Program-made: the position numbers and the translations under genes | The notes under the pieces: generated by a model | Seen by the model: the letters and a program-made list of their open reading frames with translations, nothing else | Told to the model about the DNA's origin: nothing | The model's database searches: none | Shown: piece after piece, positions 42,156-55,115 of the stretch | Numbering within the stretch: the first letter of the stretch is position 1 | Layout of the letters: each line of letters opens with the position of its first letter | Source of the DNA: Ginglymostoma cirratum | Lineage: Eukaryota | Assembly: GCA_024137785.1 (NCBI GenBank) | Contig: JAHRHZ010000274.1 | Coordinates: forward strand, 20,820,086-20,884,085 | DNA length: 64,000 nucleotides | Direction: 5' to 3'

Positions 42156-44945
42156 AAGTTTTCCTGCTCCTATGATGCTGCTTGACCTGCTGTGTTCATC
42201 CAGCCCCATGCTTGTTATCTCATACTTCATGAGTATCTGTTTTGGAAATGTGCTAAAAATGGTAAAAGAGATATGTCTGTGGGATGTTTGACTATAAAAT
42301 TAAATCTGATTTTACAACAAAGAATTAATAGCAATATCACACATATAACATTTTCTCTGTAATTTCTGTATTAATTATTTGCATATCTGCTGCCATCTTT
42401 CATTGCTAGGGCGGTTGATTAACTGTTTGTCAGAGTTACAGTCCCAAACCTCTGCTTCCTGTCCAGCATCCTTAATGATTTATCATCTTTAGGAATATAT
42501 TAATCCATATAATAATTTGGGTGCCCACTTATTTAATGACTCATCCAACATGCTGTTTGAAAACCCATGTCTTATCTTTCTGATTGTTGTGTTTCTTTTG
42601 GTTGTGATTATTGTATAGAGTGTAATTTCTGTAGTTATTCTTATGACACATATATTGAATGTTTTCCATGCCAAAGAGCCACAATGAAAACTCCCTGCAT
42701 CTTAGTCATTAATAATGTTAAGCTGGTAGAGTGTTGACACTAGTTATCATAACTTGAAGTGAGATTTGGACTTAGTAGGATGATTTCCATCTCAAGTCAG
42801 AAAGTGAAGTGTTTCAGCCTCATTGCAGGCAGCTGTAGGAAGTGAGGGCTGCAATAAAGTCTCTAAATGTAGATAACCAGTGGGGTACATGCATCCAGAC
42901 TGAGAGGGCACTGGTCCAGCTGCTCAGAGGTAGGTTTGTGTCCCACACCTCCCTGCACCATCATAAAAAGGTTGGTCAGGTTATCTAGCCTTGACTGCAG
43001 ACAACTTAATAGGATATTCTAAATATGAAAACCATGAGGAAAGTAACGGCAGTCACCTCAGCTATTCTTCCTTAGTAAATGGTTCAAGAATCTTATACGA
43101 GACTCACATTAGGACCTCCTGCTGAGACACAATCAAATCAGTGGGGAACGCTTAAATTTTATTATTATAAATGAATTATTAAAACATATTCAGAAATAAG
43201 TAGAGACTGAATAATATGCAATATGCCTGTCCACCTATTTGAACTCTTTCTTTATTGGATTTCAGCTTTCTCTTCAATATTTGGTCTAGCACAGTAGAAT
43301 TCCACTGACTCCAGTTCCTAGGCTGACTCTGAATGTAGCCACTGTACCATTCACAGTCTCACTACTACCTGCCTACCATTAAAACCATAGTCCAAACTCC
43401 ACAGATCAGAATCAACAGTACAGGTATTCCACCAGCAATAAACATATTGCCTGAGAATTCTGCATTCCTACAAATGCAGTAACATTCTGGAATATAATAC
43501 CAGCCTGTTTAGTACAAATAGGATTCACTACTACATATTTAACTCAAAACATTACATATTATTTAATATGCTGACTCAAAGGAGATTTTGATTGATTCCT
43601 GTATTGATTTCTCTGTGGATATTTAGATTTCCCAGCAATTGGCTGGTGAGTAGAATATTAAAATCAAGGTCATTACCTGACAAACAGCAAAAAACATTGT
43701 AACTTCATAAAATGGAGTGTGCAGCCTAAGTCCCAAAGTATCAAAAATAAGTCTGTAATTTGTTAAAAAACAAAAATTTAGCACTGTTGCCTTCCTTTGT
43801 GCTGTCCGGCCTATTAAGGTCAGAAAGATTCAGTTGAGATAAGATTTCTTTTCCCTGATGGAAGAATATGCAGAAATTTCATCGGAACAAAGGTACTTGA
43901 GAAAGGACTTTTTTTTAAGCAACCTCTATCTATTTAGATGATAGGGGAACCATTTTGAATATACTAAAGCAATGCTACTGTCCTAACTTCCAGTAGAGCA
44001 CAACAAATCCTTATTCAGATTCCCTTAGAGAAATGTCTTCTTCACTCTGCATTTGCTTTGAGACACTTCTGTTTATCAAAGTGAAAGATATCACTGCCGG
44101 GCAACAGAATAGCTTTCACATTTTACATTTCAGTCACCTGGTGTCAACATTAAGTACTTTCAGTCAGCTATGGCACAACTAGAAACTCCACTGATGTCCG
44201 AGCATGTACATTATCTCTACCTTTGGGGGAACACTTCCAAAAACATGAGTGCAACATTACTGACTCCATTCACAGCATCCTCCAGCCTCCCTGATCATGT
44301 GTCCCAACAAATGCTAATTTTAGGGTAAGTTTATGCTTTGGATTGAACTGTCCAAATTAATTACAAATTGGATCTTTATAGCCAACAGCGGGCTCATTAG
44401 TCTGGAATAAATCCAAACAACTTGAAAAAGTGAAAAGTCAGCTTGCAATCCAGACCTCTAGCACAAAACATATCACTAATAAATTATTTAATTTTGCCTT
44501 TTGAAAGCAAGAACTAAGGAATCTAAGCTGGCGAGTTTATGCTTCCAATATATGATAAATCCTCTGTCGGCCTGAGCAATATTTAATCATCTTTCCAATC
44601 AATAATAAAATATTAGTTTGAAATTTATTACGTATTCTAACTATATTTTTTGTTTCTAGATTTATTTAAAACATAGTTCAAACTATACATTCTACAATCA
44701 AATTGCATGATACAAAGCAAAGTGAAGATGAGAAAATATCATTTAGTGCATTGAGGCCTGCCCTTTCCAGAGATCAGGTAAAATCTATCAAAATGTGGAT
44801 CCTACCCAATATACTTCATACCATCAGCAGAAATTTCACAAAAAAACCATAGCGTCTACCAAAGAAAATTAAGCCAAATTTTAGAATATTTAAATACCTC
44901 CACTTTGATTTTTTCAAGAGATGTGGAGGTTGCTGCTGACTCTAG

Positions 44946-45243
44946 GTTGGCACGGTGGCACAGTGGTTAGCACTGCTGCCTCATAGCACCAGGGACCCAG
45001 GTTCAATTCCAGCCTTTGGGTGACTATCTGTGTGGAGTTTGCATGTTTTCCCTGTGTCTGTGTGGGTTTCCTCCCACAGTCCAAAGATGTGTGGGTTAGG
45101 TGGATTGGCTGTGCTAAATTGCCTGTAGTGTTCAGGGAGGTGTAGATTAGGTGGGTTATAGGGGGATGGGTCTGGGTGGGATGCTCTGAGGTTCAATGGG
45201 GACTTGTTGGGCCGAATGGCCTGTTTCCACACTGTAGGGATTC
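44946..45243 (+). mobile_element. tRNA-derived SINE (HE1/V-SINE type)
   Basis: A box TGGCACAGTGG, B box GGTTCAATTCC, conserved central domain, LINE-like tail ggcctgtttccacactgtagggattct. Confidence 0.9.
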
Positions 45244-45254
45244 TTTTTTAAAGA

Positions 45255-45560
45255 AGTCTGATGTCACCCAGGCTTGTGGTCCTTGAACTGTGTGGCTTGC
45301 TAGACCATTTCAGGGGACAGTTCAGAGTCAACTACATTGTAGGACAGATGTGATGAAAATGGCTGATTTCCCTCCACAAAGGACATTCATGAACCAGATG
45401 GGTTTTTATAACAATTAATGATCATTATCATAACAACCATTCCTGAGACTAGCTTTGTACTAACTGAAGTTAAACCAGCTTTCGTGGTGAAACCCATATC
45501 TACAAAGCACTAGATTGCACTCTCTGGATTTCTAGTCTGGTGATATTACCATCAAGTCGC
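45255..45560 (-). mobile_element. SINE-like element related to the 5' head at 21870-22170
   Basis: aaggacattcatgaaccagatgggttttt and ctagtctggtgatattacca are reverse complements of motifs at 21890-22080. Confidence 0.55.
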
Positions 45561-46119
45561 TATCTTTCTTGGCCCCTCACACCCCTCCCCAATACAATGT
45601 ACATCATGCAGGCCAGAATGCAAAAGATCCATCATATCCCATGGTGCATTTGATGATCCAAATCTATATTCATCTGAATACTTCCAATATCTTTTCTAAC
45701 CATATTGTATAATTATTTCCAGTATGCTTTTCCAATGTGAGGGAAATCCAGACTGACTGGATCTTTATCGGGGCTTAAATTCATTAATGACCTGAACTAT
45801 GTGCAATCAATGCAGACCTCAGGAGTTCCTTGAAGAACTGTTAGTTCATTTACTTCAACATGAGAAAATAATTGTGGCTGGGCAGTTTAAGCTCTGCCTA
45901 AACAAATTTTGCAAATGAATCCATCTAAAAAGTAAGACCATGACAAATTTATCAGTGGCCTTGGTATATGTGGAAAATTGGGAATGGAACCTGAGGTCTT
46001 TCCACTGTTAAATTTTCCACAGTTGTTTGTTTTACATCTGCAAAATGAAGTAATTATTTGGAATATAGGCCCCATTCATTTTACAGCCATTATCTTCAGG
46101 CTACGCACCTAAACATTAA

Positions 46120-46655
46120 GTCATAGAACAGTAACATAGAATTCACTGACTCAAAAGGTGGTCATTCAGTCCATTAAAACCTATATCAACTCTTTGTTAA
46201 TGCTATCCAATGAATCCCTCTCTCTCTCCCACTCATTGCTGATAACCATGCAATTTTCCCTCCAAATATTTATATGAATCTCTGTTGAAACATTGCCATT
46301 TGAAACTGCTTCTATTATCCTTTCAGATAATATATTCTAGATAATAACAATGTAAAAAATGTTTCCACAGGTCAGCCCTGGTCCTTGTGCTAATTAATTT
46401 AAACCTGCGCCCTCTGGTTTCCCACCCCTCTGCCAACAGCTCCTGTATATTCACGCCATCAAAATTTCCCAGGGTTTTGAATGCCTCAATCATTTTCTGC
46501 CCTTAGCCCTCTCTGCTCTATGAAGAACAGCTTTAGGTTCTCCACATGACTGTAGCCCCTCATTCTTAGTAGCATTCTAGTAAATCTCATCTGTGCTAAC
46601 TCTCAGGCTTTGAAAGTATTTCTAAAGTATGGTGCCCATAATTTAGCAAAAACGC
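46120..46655 (-). mobile_element. Degraded CR1 3' fragment
   Basis: Reverse CR1 tail (catagaa...ggtggtcattcagtccatt) and body similar to 41140-41664. Confidence 0.6.
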
Positions 46656-46682
46656 AGCTGCAATAAATTACTACATTAAGAA

Positions 46683-47170
46683 GTAGGGAGACGAAATGCA
46701 GATTCCATGATGCCTTTGTGGGAACACCTGCATTTAGTCTGCAAGCTTGACCCTGAGCTTCCAGTTGCCTGCCATTATAACTCTCTGTTCCATTCTCATT
46801 CTGCACTCAACCTCCTACACTGTTCCAATCAGTCCAATATAAGCTGATGGAACATTACTTCATCTTGCCATTAGGCACTTTACAGTCTTCCTCACTCAAT
46901 ACTGAGTTCAGCAATTTCAGATCATAGTCTCTGCCCTCATTTTTTAAAGTTAGTGTGTATTTCTATTTTTGTTTAGGTGCTATTGACAATGAGTCTGCTT
47001 TACCCATTTACACCTTCTCTGGATGCATTTTTTTAATCCTTTACTTAAACCTGTTGGCATGCACCATCATTCCTATAATCACTTCATTTCTTCTGCCTTG
47101 TATCCTATCACAAAACTTTGCTTTTGTTCAATGGGCCTTTGTCCTACTATTGTTCTTGCTTAAAACCTGT
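46683..47170 (+). mobile_element. Penelope-like element body remnant (GIY-YIG endonuclease C-terminus and 3' region)
   Basis: Degenerate translation GETKCR...EHL.LVCKLDPELPVACHYN...KLMEHYFILPLGTLQSSSLNTEFSNFR, typical of PLE GIY-YIG ends. Confidence 0.7.
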
Positions 47171-50100
47171 TACAGTCAAGCTGAGGTGCTCAACTCAGTT
47201 GGAATTTACAGCTGCCCATTTTTCAGGTACAAAATGGGATGGTTGAGAGTTGAATTTGGCCTCTACAATGTTTAAGTGAAACCAGCTGCCCCAAGGAGAG
47301 AAAAGAACTCCAGAAATTCTGTTTCTCTTATAGCTAAAATAATCCATTGAAAGTAGCTTTTCAGAAGATGACAAGTACAGTAAATTTATCCAAGGTACAT
47401 GCATAAAACTATTAAACCATTAACATGCAATATGGTTTTAATTGTAACTGCTGTTATTGCTTAGTGTTACTTGACGAACTGCCTTTTTATTTTTTGTGAG
47501 TTGTTATGGAAGGAATGGACTTTCTTTCACTTTGATCTCTACTGTCAGCATCAAGCATTTGTAGTTTAAGATATAGTACCTCCAGCAACAAAAGGTTCTC
47601 TCTAGTCTGGCCCGATATTTGTCTGGAGTCCAACCTAAGAAGTTACGGCTGCACCATATCAAACTCTTTCTCTGTGAAAGCCATTTCTGCAAAACTTTAA
47701 AGGCACTTTAAGAAAAATTCACATCTTATCAAAAACATGAATGTATTTATATTATGGCCTTAAATCCACTAGGAACTGCTTTGAGACTGCAGACGTACAG
47801 TAGAGATAATGACAGTCACATTATTCAACGTAAGTTCATTTCTACAAATTATTTGTCTAATTTTGAATAAAATCAGTGAATTCACGTTTCCAATGCTCCA
47901 GGTAACTGCTGGAATGTGGAACTTTATGGCATATAATTTAAACATCTTTAAGAAGACAAACTGATTCTGAGAAGCAAGCCTGCCTCAAATGACTAAAGGA
48001 AGTTGTTTCAGAGATGACTGTATTTGCCTTGCTGATTGGGCTGACTGTCAGGACTTGACAGCTGCTTGTCTATTTGATTGGTGCAAGTTTCTAAAATAGT
48101 AGATTGAACTTTTTCACCCTCCAGGAATACACCAGATTATTTCCGGAGCACATAATTTTAAATCTGTTTAGTTTAATGGATACATTTTGTAAACACCTCT
48201 CCCCTCCACCTGACTCACAGGCACAAGATCTATTTTCTCCAGTAGTTTGTGTAGAGTGGCAACCGTGGTAGTCTACATATCTTCCACGTTGAATGCCCGT
48301 AATCAGTAGATAAAAGTAATGAATCAGTCTAAACAGATTCATAATTAGGTTTCCCAAGTTAAAAATGTAATATATGAAGCTGCTGTGCTATTTAATTAAA
48401 AATTCTTAATTAGAAACAAGTAAACACATTGTTTTCTTTTTGAACTAATCAATGTATGCATAACACAATCTTCCACTATCGTAATCAATGAATATGAATA
48501 TATCACTGGGTAATTTACATCCCATGCTACATTACTGATATAGCAAGATGTCAGAAACTGTAGCCACACAACATCTGCATTATTTTTGTTTCTTTGTTTT
48601 TAAGAACTGTTGAAATAACATTGTAGATAACACCTATTTTAACGTAAACACCATGTGCACAACAACTGACAAACTAATATTGGAAGAATATGTCAAACCA
48701 CATTAAATTTATGGTATCAAACTCTTGCCTCCTACAAAAAAAAGCAACTGCAAAGAAATGTTTAAAAACCCAGGATGTTTGTGAATCCTAATTTTTTACC
48801 TCTCACCCAGTGGTGGCCTCCCTAAATTATAGCACACAAACACCCACAAGCCACAGGCCTCAACTTCACTGTTTCACAGTATTTTTCATGCCTTCACACT
48901 ATAACTGCAATTAATACTACAGACCTGACTAAAGATAGTTTCTGAGATCAATATGTTTTGAAATTATATACGTACGAACACTGTTTCCTATTTCACATTT
49001 GTCAATTTTTCAAGGCTTGGTGGTCCACTAGCCGTCAGTTTCTTTAAAGTTACCAAATGAAACAGGGACATTAGCAATAATATACATTTACAAGGTCTGC
49101 CAATCTATTTTCTGGTAAAATAATGGAAATTTACAGAAATTGAAGGATGACTAACAGTATGCCAGAGAAGACGAAGGAGCGAGTCAAAGACGAATGACTA
49201 GAACAACAACAAAGATGCAAAGCAAGGAAGAAAAAGGAAAGAAAGTTTTGACATAAATAAGGAAATTCTAGTAAGTGATGGTATCCTAAATGAAAGACAA
49301 AAAAGTGACAAAGGAAATACTGAAAGGAAAGGAACACTGTAAGACTAAGTACATTAAGTATAAAGCCAAATGAGCATTCAGGTTCCAAATTATAATGTAT
49401 ACATTATGCCAAACCCTTTCACTTTCGTTTTTCTTAAGACACATATGAAATGTCTTCTTGTTCTATTTGGGAAGTTCCCTTTGTCTGTTATTATTAAAGA
49501 ATGTTTATAATGCTTCTAGACCATGAAACTATTTAAATAATTAATAGGACAATAATGCAGCTTTGTTATCCGATACAGACTGTCTGGACTGATTAGCTAC
49601 ACTTGAACTGCTTTCAGATTACTGCAAGCTGCTCTCCCTCTTCAAACAGATTTCACATATTTGATCCTTAGAAAATAAAACATAGATAAACAAATAACAC
49701 GTATGACATTCTTACAGATCACTCTTTTCACATCTGTTGTTCCTGCCATAACTGGAGTTTTTATTTACCAACCATTCTTTCTATTTCCTTCTAAGTCTAT
49801 TCCTCGGAGTATAAATTTGGATAGCTGAAGAAAGGGGAAACTGAATTTTCAAAGTTTTCTTTTCAGGTGAAATTTACAACCTTACAGAATTTATTAAACA
49901 ACTCTTCGAGAATAAAGAAACTAAAATTTCTGGTCAGGAGCTGGTGAACTTACAGTATTCTTATGGATCAAATCACCACCATATCTTGCCTCTATTACAT
50001 AAAACAACCTTTCCCAACAGGTAATATTCTTACCAGAACAAAAACTTAGTTAGCACCACTTTCTGAGTAAGTACATGGAGAAGGGCTCCCTTCATAGACA

Positions 50101-50399
50101 ACAGAGAAAAACTATATCTCAAACATTTAAACAGTCAAAGTTATGCCTGTACTAAAAAATAATGATTAAACAACCTACGCGAAATCGAATCAATTTCAGT
50201 GGAAACCGAGTTTAGAGCACCCAGGAACTTTAACTTGTAGGATTCCCAAAAAAAACACTAAACGTGCGCTCCTCATTTGACACCTGCTAAAATACCAAAC
50301 GTCTTGCTCAAATCGCCCCCACACCACTACTCACCAATTCCAAATTCTCATACCTATCACACTTCAAAATATCTATTTGACAACCTGGAGGCAACGAGA

Positions 50400-51560
50400 A
50401 CACTTGAAAGTTGACGGCAACAAATATGTGCACCTTTCAGTAATATAAATGTGGGGAGGGGTGGGCAAGAGGGAGAAACAACGAGAGAAAAAAAGTCCTC
50501 TCCGCTCTGCAGAAGACCTTCTTATTTCTAAGAAGCCACAGAAACATTTTCTTTTTGTCAAACTTCGTAGCGGCGGATGGAACAGTCCTGCACAGAACTG
50601 GGCGAAGTTGGAAGGAGGCAAAGCTGCGCTTTCCATTGGATTTTCGCACACAACAGGGAGAAAAAAAAACAAACTGAGCGTCGGAGTTGGATTTTTTTTC
50701 TGTGTGTCAAGATGGATTGCGTTGGCAGGAGGTGCCTGGGGAGGGCCAGGGGAGAAAAAGGACTAACCCGGGGAGCACGGAAAGCATGCTGCAGAAATTA
50801 TCCCGCCATTTTTAACAGTAACCGCGTCCCGAGGAAAATACAATGCGGTGAATGTGGGCGAAATGCGGGGGAGGGAGGGAAAAGCCGTCCACTGGCAGCG
50901 GCAGTAACCGACCTGATCACTAAATCACCTCAGAGATGGACATTACCTGAGTCAGGCAGAGCGGAGAATACATCATGACGACCTGGAGTTAAAGTCGCAG
51001 ATCATCCAAAAGTTACTGGATCATCGTGACATCTCGCCTCACAGCGACTAAATCCCACCCCCAAACACAATTAATAATTATATATATAATAGAGAGAGGG
51101 AGGGCAGTGGGCACTTAGCACGGACTATCTGAAGGAAAGCTGCTCTGGAAACTGGGCTTCATCTGTCAAACGGTGAGAAAGGGGGGGGGGGGGAGAATAA
51201 AGGAGAGCGAACCAGGAATGACGCGACTGTCCTGACCAAGCCCCCAAAAACAAACGTCTGACTTCAGGGAATTTCTGCCATTAGACCCAAATTTCCGCAC
51301 CACTCTCAGCCCCGCTGTCAGCCAATGGACCGAGGCCACTGGGAGATCGCCGGCAATGTAAATAAGCCCAGCCACTTCCCTCCTCCCCTTCTCTTTTAAC
51401 TCTTCGCTGCTCACGATCGTTCGTCAAAACGCACTGGGGCAATAATAAAAAAAAGTTAGCGCCGCTTTAAGAGCCGCGCTTTAAAGGCAGGCTTGCCCCA
51501 GACGCAACGCAGCCCCTGCGTTCAAACAGACACAACGGTCCCTATCCTGGATTTTAAAAA
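50400..51560 (-). promoter_or_regulatory. CpG-rich proximal promoter, 5' UTR and start of intron 1 of the NFI gene
   Basis: Marked CpG/GC enrichment against the CpG-depleted intron. CCAAT box (agccaatgg, ~51320), forkhead-like TGTAAATA (~51357), G-run at 51181-51193. Surrounds coding exon 1. Confidence 0.75.
50947..50976 (-). CDS. NFIC: NFI coding exon 1 (MMYSPLCLTQ)
   Basis: Minus strand ATG ATG TAT TCT CCG CTC TGC CTG ACT CAG|gtaatg matches the conserved NFI N-terminus (M)MYSPxCLTQ. The phase-0 donor joins in frame to DEFHPF. Intron 1 is 15481-50946. Confidence 0.93.
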
Positions 51561-52919
51561 AAGTGGACTGCAATCTGGCTCCCTACTAACCTCCCATCTT
51601 TTTCACCCACTCATGGTGTTCTCAAGAAATCGCAATAAAGCTCAGGGGCAACATTACAAAGCAGGCATTCCTATACAGGAGCCGCCAATATAGCATCACT
51701 TCGTTTCTCTCTTTGTGGCACAGACTCCACTGCAATATTGCGATTACCCCGTATATTTTTGCTAAAAGAAATGTTGCTCGAATCCAATCTCTCAATTCCA
51801 CACCCCAGCCACCACTCCAACCACTACCACCACCCTACATCCCAAATCATGGCATCAGAAAGTGAAGTGAAATCTAGGAACACAGGCAGATCCCGACGTG
51901 GCCCCTCAACTTTATGATGAAGTTCATACATTGAATTAAGTCAACTGAAAGGTTCCAGTCGGCGTGCGCAGAACTGCAGAAGTCATGACAATGCACAGGA
52001 CTTTGTTGAAAGCTGGTGTACGTGACATGAGGAAATAGTCTACAAAGCAGGCCGACAAGACAACGATTGTTTCCCAGCAGAATGTAGGAGAATAAATAGC
52101 AAGACTTTGGTATGGATAATTGTAGAGTGATTGCAGGACTGTCATGATTTGTGTGTTTATGAATACTAGAAGCCATTGGGGAAACGGCATCCACAGTACA
52201 TGACTAAATTGACAATTTACTCTGCCAGATCGTGTGTTGCTTTTCACTAACTGACGTTAGCAGAACAACCCATTCTATGCGCCACTGGCCCGCTGCAATG
52301 TGTCCGAGTTAATCGGTCACACTCCTTCTCCCTCAATGCATGAGGGCAAGTCATTCTGACTGCATTGACGGCCAGAAACAAACGGAGGGCAAAAAAGTAC
52401 ATCTGCAGTATATTCAAATAGAACCTGGTCACTTAAGTATAAAATGCGTTATCTATAAAACTAGACCATCGAAATTTGCCAGATGCCATTGTGATGCCAA
52501 GCACATTCAGCTTTCCGTCGGACAGCACTTTAGTCTCCATAATGTTCCCCAGCTCAAGAATATGAGTCAAGTTTGCATGATTCTGCAGATGGATACATTT
52601 CAGAACACTGCAAGCTATTTCATACAATGTTTTACAGATTGCTTCATACAGTCTCTAAAATGCAAAGGAACTGGAAATCTGTCAAACTTTAGAGATCAAG
52701 CCATCTTTCACTTTTGCACATTTGCACTAACATTGCACTATCCTACAATCTGCTGCAGAAACCCTGCAATTGTTTAATTCTCAGCCATATTAAAGAAAGA
52801 AGGATTCCTAGACCTTAGGTATTTAACCTATATTTGTAGTCCGTACAATTTTTATTTCTGAGCGGTTACAGCGAATTTAAAGAGCCTATCCATTAGTTGG
52901 GCCTATATATATGGTAGAC

Positions 52920-52939
52920 AGAGAGAGAGAGAGAGAGAG
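52920..52939 (+). repeat. (AG)n microsatellite
   Basis: agagagagagagagagagag. Confidence 0.9.
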
Positions 52940-52949
52940 AATGTTAAAA

Positions 52950-54250
52950 ACAAAACTGGAACAGCGCTGCTTCATTCTCTGAACTTTCTGAATTTGGGCT
53001 GGGAAATCTATTTCCAAACGGCGAACGAAAGCCAACAAATCCATGGGCCGCAAAGCTATTCTTGCTTGCGCTTTCTTAAAGTATAGCGAACTTTTCACAT
53101 TGTGTGTTTAAAATAAACTGCAGAATGACCATTGTCGAGAAGACCGCAATCTCTCGCAAAAGGGGACCGTGCGCGTTTAACAGGCCAAGAAAGGGTAATG
53201 TCCCTTTAAAAGGGAGGTGGATTAGCAGTGTGTCCCAGCCTTGGTCGCAGCGTCGCGGTTCACGAGTCAAGTTCAAGCCGGCGGCTCTCCCGAGCTGCTC
53301 GGCCATTACCGCTATGATCACACACACTTGGCTCCCCGATTGAACTTGGACTCGAAATGTACGTCGCCAATGCACACGTATACAGATCACGCACAAATTC
53401 ATTTCAGCTGGCAAGCAAGCTGCTCACAGATGGGAAATCTGCCAAGCTCAGCGCTTTTGCTTTCTGTCTCTCTCTTCCCCCCTCCCGCCCCATCCCCTCC
53501 CCTTTAAACACCACAAAATCTTGGCACAAACCCGATCGCATAAGCAACAGAGAGAAGCACAGACAGACACCGGAACCAACACACAGCCCGAGCAAGACGG
53601 TGCATTAAAATATACGTACCATTGCCATGTGAAAGTACGTAATCAACTTGCACTCGAATTAGAAGCTTGTCTAACGTCTCATTTGCATTCCTTTGCAATT
53701 TTCCTGCTTCATCCGGAGGAATATCTGCCCTCGGTCTTGGCTCTGTGTTGTGTTGTGTGTGCGGGCTATTTTTTTCCCCTCTCGCTGTCTCTCCCTCTCG
53801 CTGCTTTCTAACACATCCGATGGAAAAGTGAAGGCAACCGGCGGATCCTGATTGCCCAGGAGAAAGATGGGGGAGGGCTGCCTTGGCCGCTTTAGTGATG
53901 AATTGATGGCGTAGTATAAAAATATTACAGAAGTAAAGGGAGCGAGCGAGGCGTGCTGTTTATTTCCGCAATGGCTTATTTGCATAAGGAAATCACATCA
54001 TTAACATAAGGTCTGAGCTTTTTGCACACATCCATCGCTATAAAGAGAATACTGTGTGCCTGGATTCTGCCAGGGTTATCAAGCCGTGTCTGTCCGCATC
54101 GCAATCTTTTGCTAAATTCGAGGTTCGAACGGCGTTTGCACAAATGCTGCCAATAATCTTAAAGCGGGGAACACGTGGTGCTGGACGGGAGCGATGTAGC
54201 CATTCTTTAAACCTTTTGGGGCAAGAGAGTTTATCACCACAGCAAAATAA
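52950..54250. promoter_or_regulatory. Second CpG-rich block, probable distal or alternative promoter
   Basis: Dense CpGs, no recognisable repeats, two octamer motifs ATTTGCAT (53681-53688, 53978-53985), candidate donor at 53619. Confidence 0.55.
53620..53628 (-). CDS. Candidate upstream alternative first exon ending in ATG (MAM or M, then DEFHPF)
   Basis: Minus strand ...tttcacATG GCA ATG|gtacgt, a phase-0 donor in the second CpG-rich block. NFI genes have known isoforms starting M-DEFHPF. Confidence 0.4.
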
Positions 54251-55115
54251 ATCAAGGTCACTCAAATAAATAGTGCCGATTTCCTAATGACTTCAGGACA
54301 AATATGTTGAAATACATATAGACATTTCTCAACTAAGTTAACTTTTTTCGAGTGATAACAAACGATTAGATTTCGATTCCCAAAAGCATCAAGGTGATCT
54401 GTGGAAATCAAAATTTGTATCGACTTTGTAACATCGGGACATTATTTTAAAACTGAAAAAAATAAACTCTAACATGTAGTCCAACCTATTTGTCTGGCCT
54501 CAAGAACATCTCTATTATTTATCAGGAAATCCGCTTTTGACATTGAAATCGCGACTGTCCGGAAAATAAGTGGGATCAATTGGGAATGAATTTTCCATTA
54601 CTTATTGTTCAACAATCTCGTTTGCAATTGTTTGGGTCGGGGGTTGGGGGCGCGGCCTGGGTGGTCGGCGGTGGGGAAGCTGCTTGGAAGTCCTTTTAAA
54701 ACACGAATATATCCCTAATTGCAGAAGAGAACATTCACTTAAAATAGCCTTATCACAGATGCCACTTCAATATCTACATCCAACTCCATACTTTTCCATA
54801 ACAGTAGGCCATTCAAGCCCTTCAGTCTGTAATTCAAATGAATTGCGGCTGAAATATACTTCAACTCTATTTACCATCGTCTATGTCATATCCATTAGTA
54901 TCCTTAGGCGATAAACTATTGCTTTCAGACCTGATATCCTTAATTGCCCCAGTAATTTTTCGTGGAAAAAGGTCTCAGATTTACTGATGTTCAGGCCATG
55001 TGTTCAACAGTGCTTCCTGATTTCGCCCTTCTAATTTTAAGATAATTTTGAGGAATCCCTTACCAAAGGGTATTGTTTGTCTACATCCATTTGCACATCT
55101 TTTTCATCCTTTATT

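Larger units (their letters stand above)
41665..42221. mobile_element. Penelope-like element in inverted pLTR arrangement spanning the assembly gap
   Basis: Minus-sense pLTR end at 41665-41728 and plus-sense pLTR at 42129-42221 are inverted copies of each other on either side of the Ns. Confidence 0.75.

Noticed and set aside
41679-42291. Long ORFs in the track (183, 193, 139 aa)
   Set aside because: Artefacts of reading through the N gap.
54059-54074. Possible NFI autoregulatory site ctggattctgccag
   Set aside because: The half-site spacing is one base short of TTGGC-N5-GCCAA.
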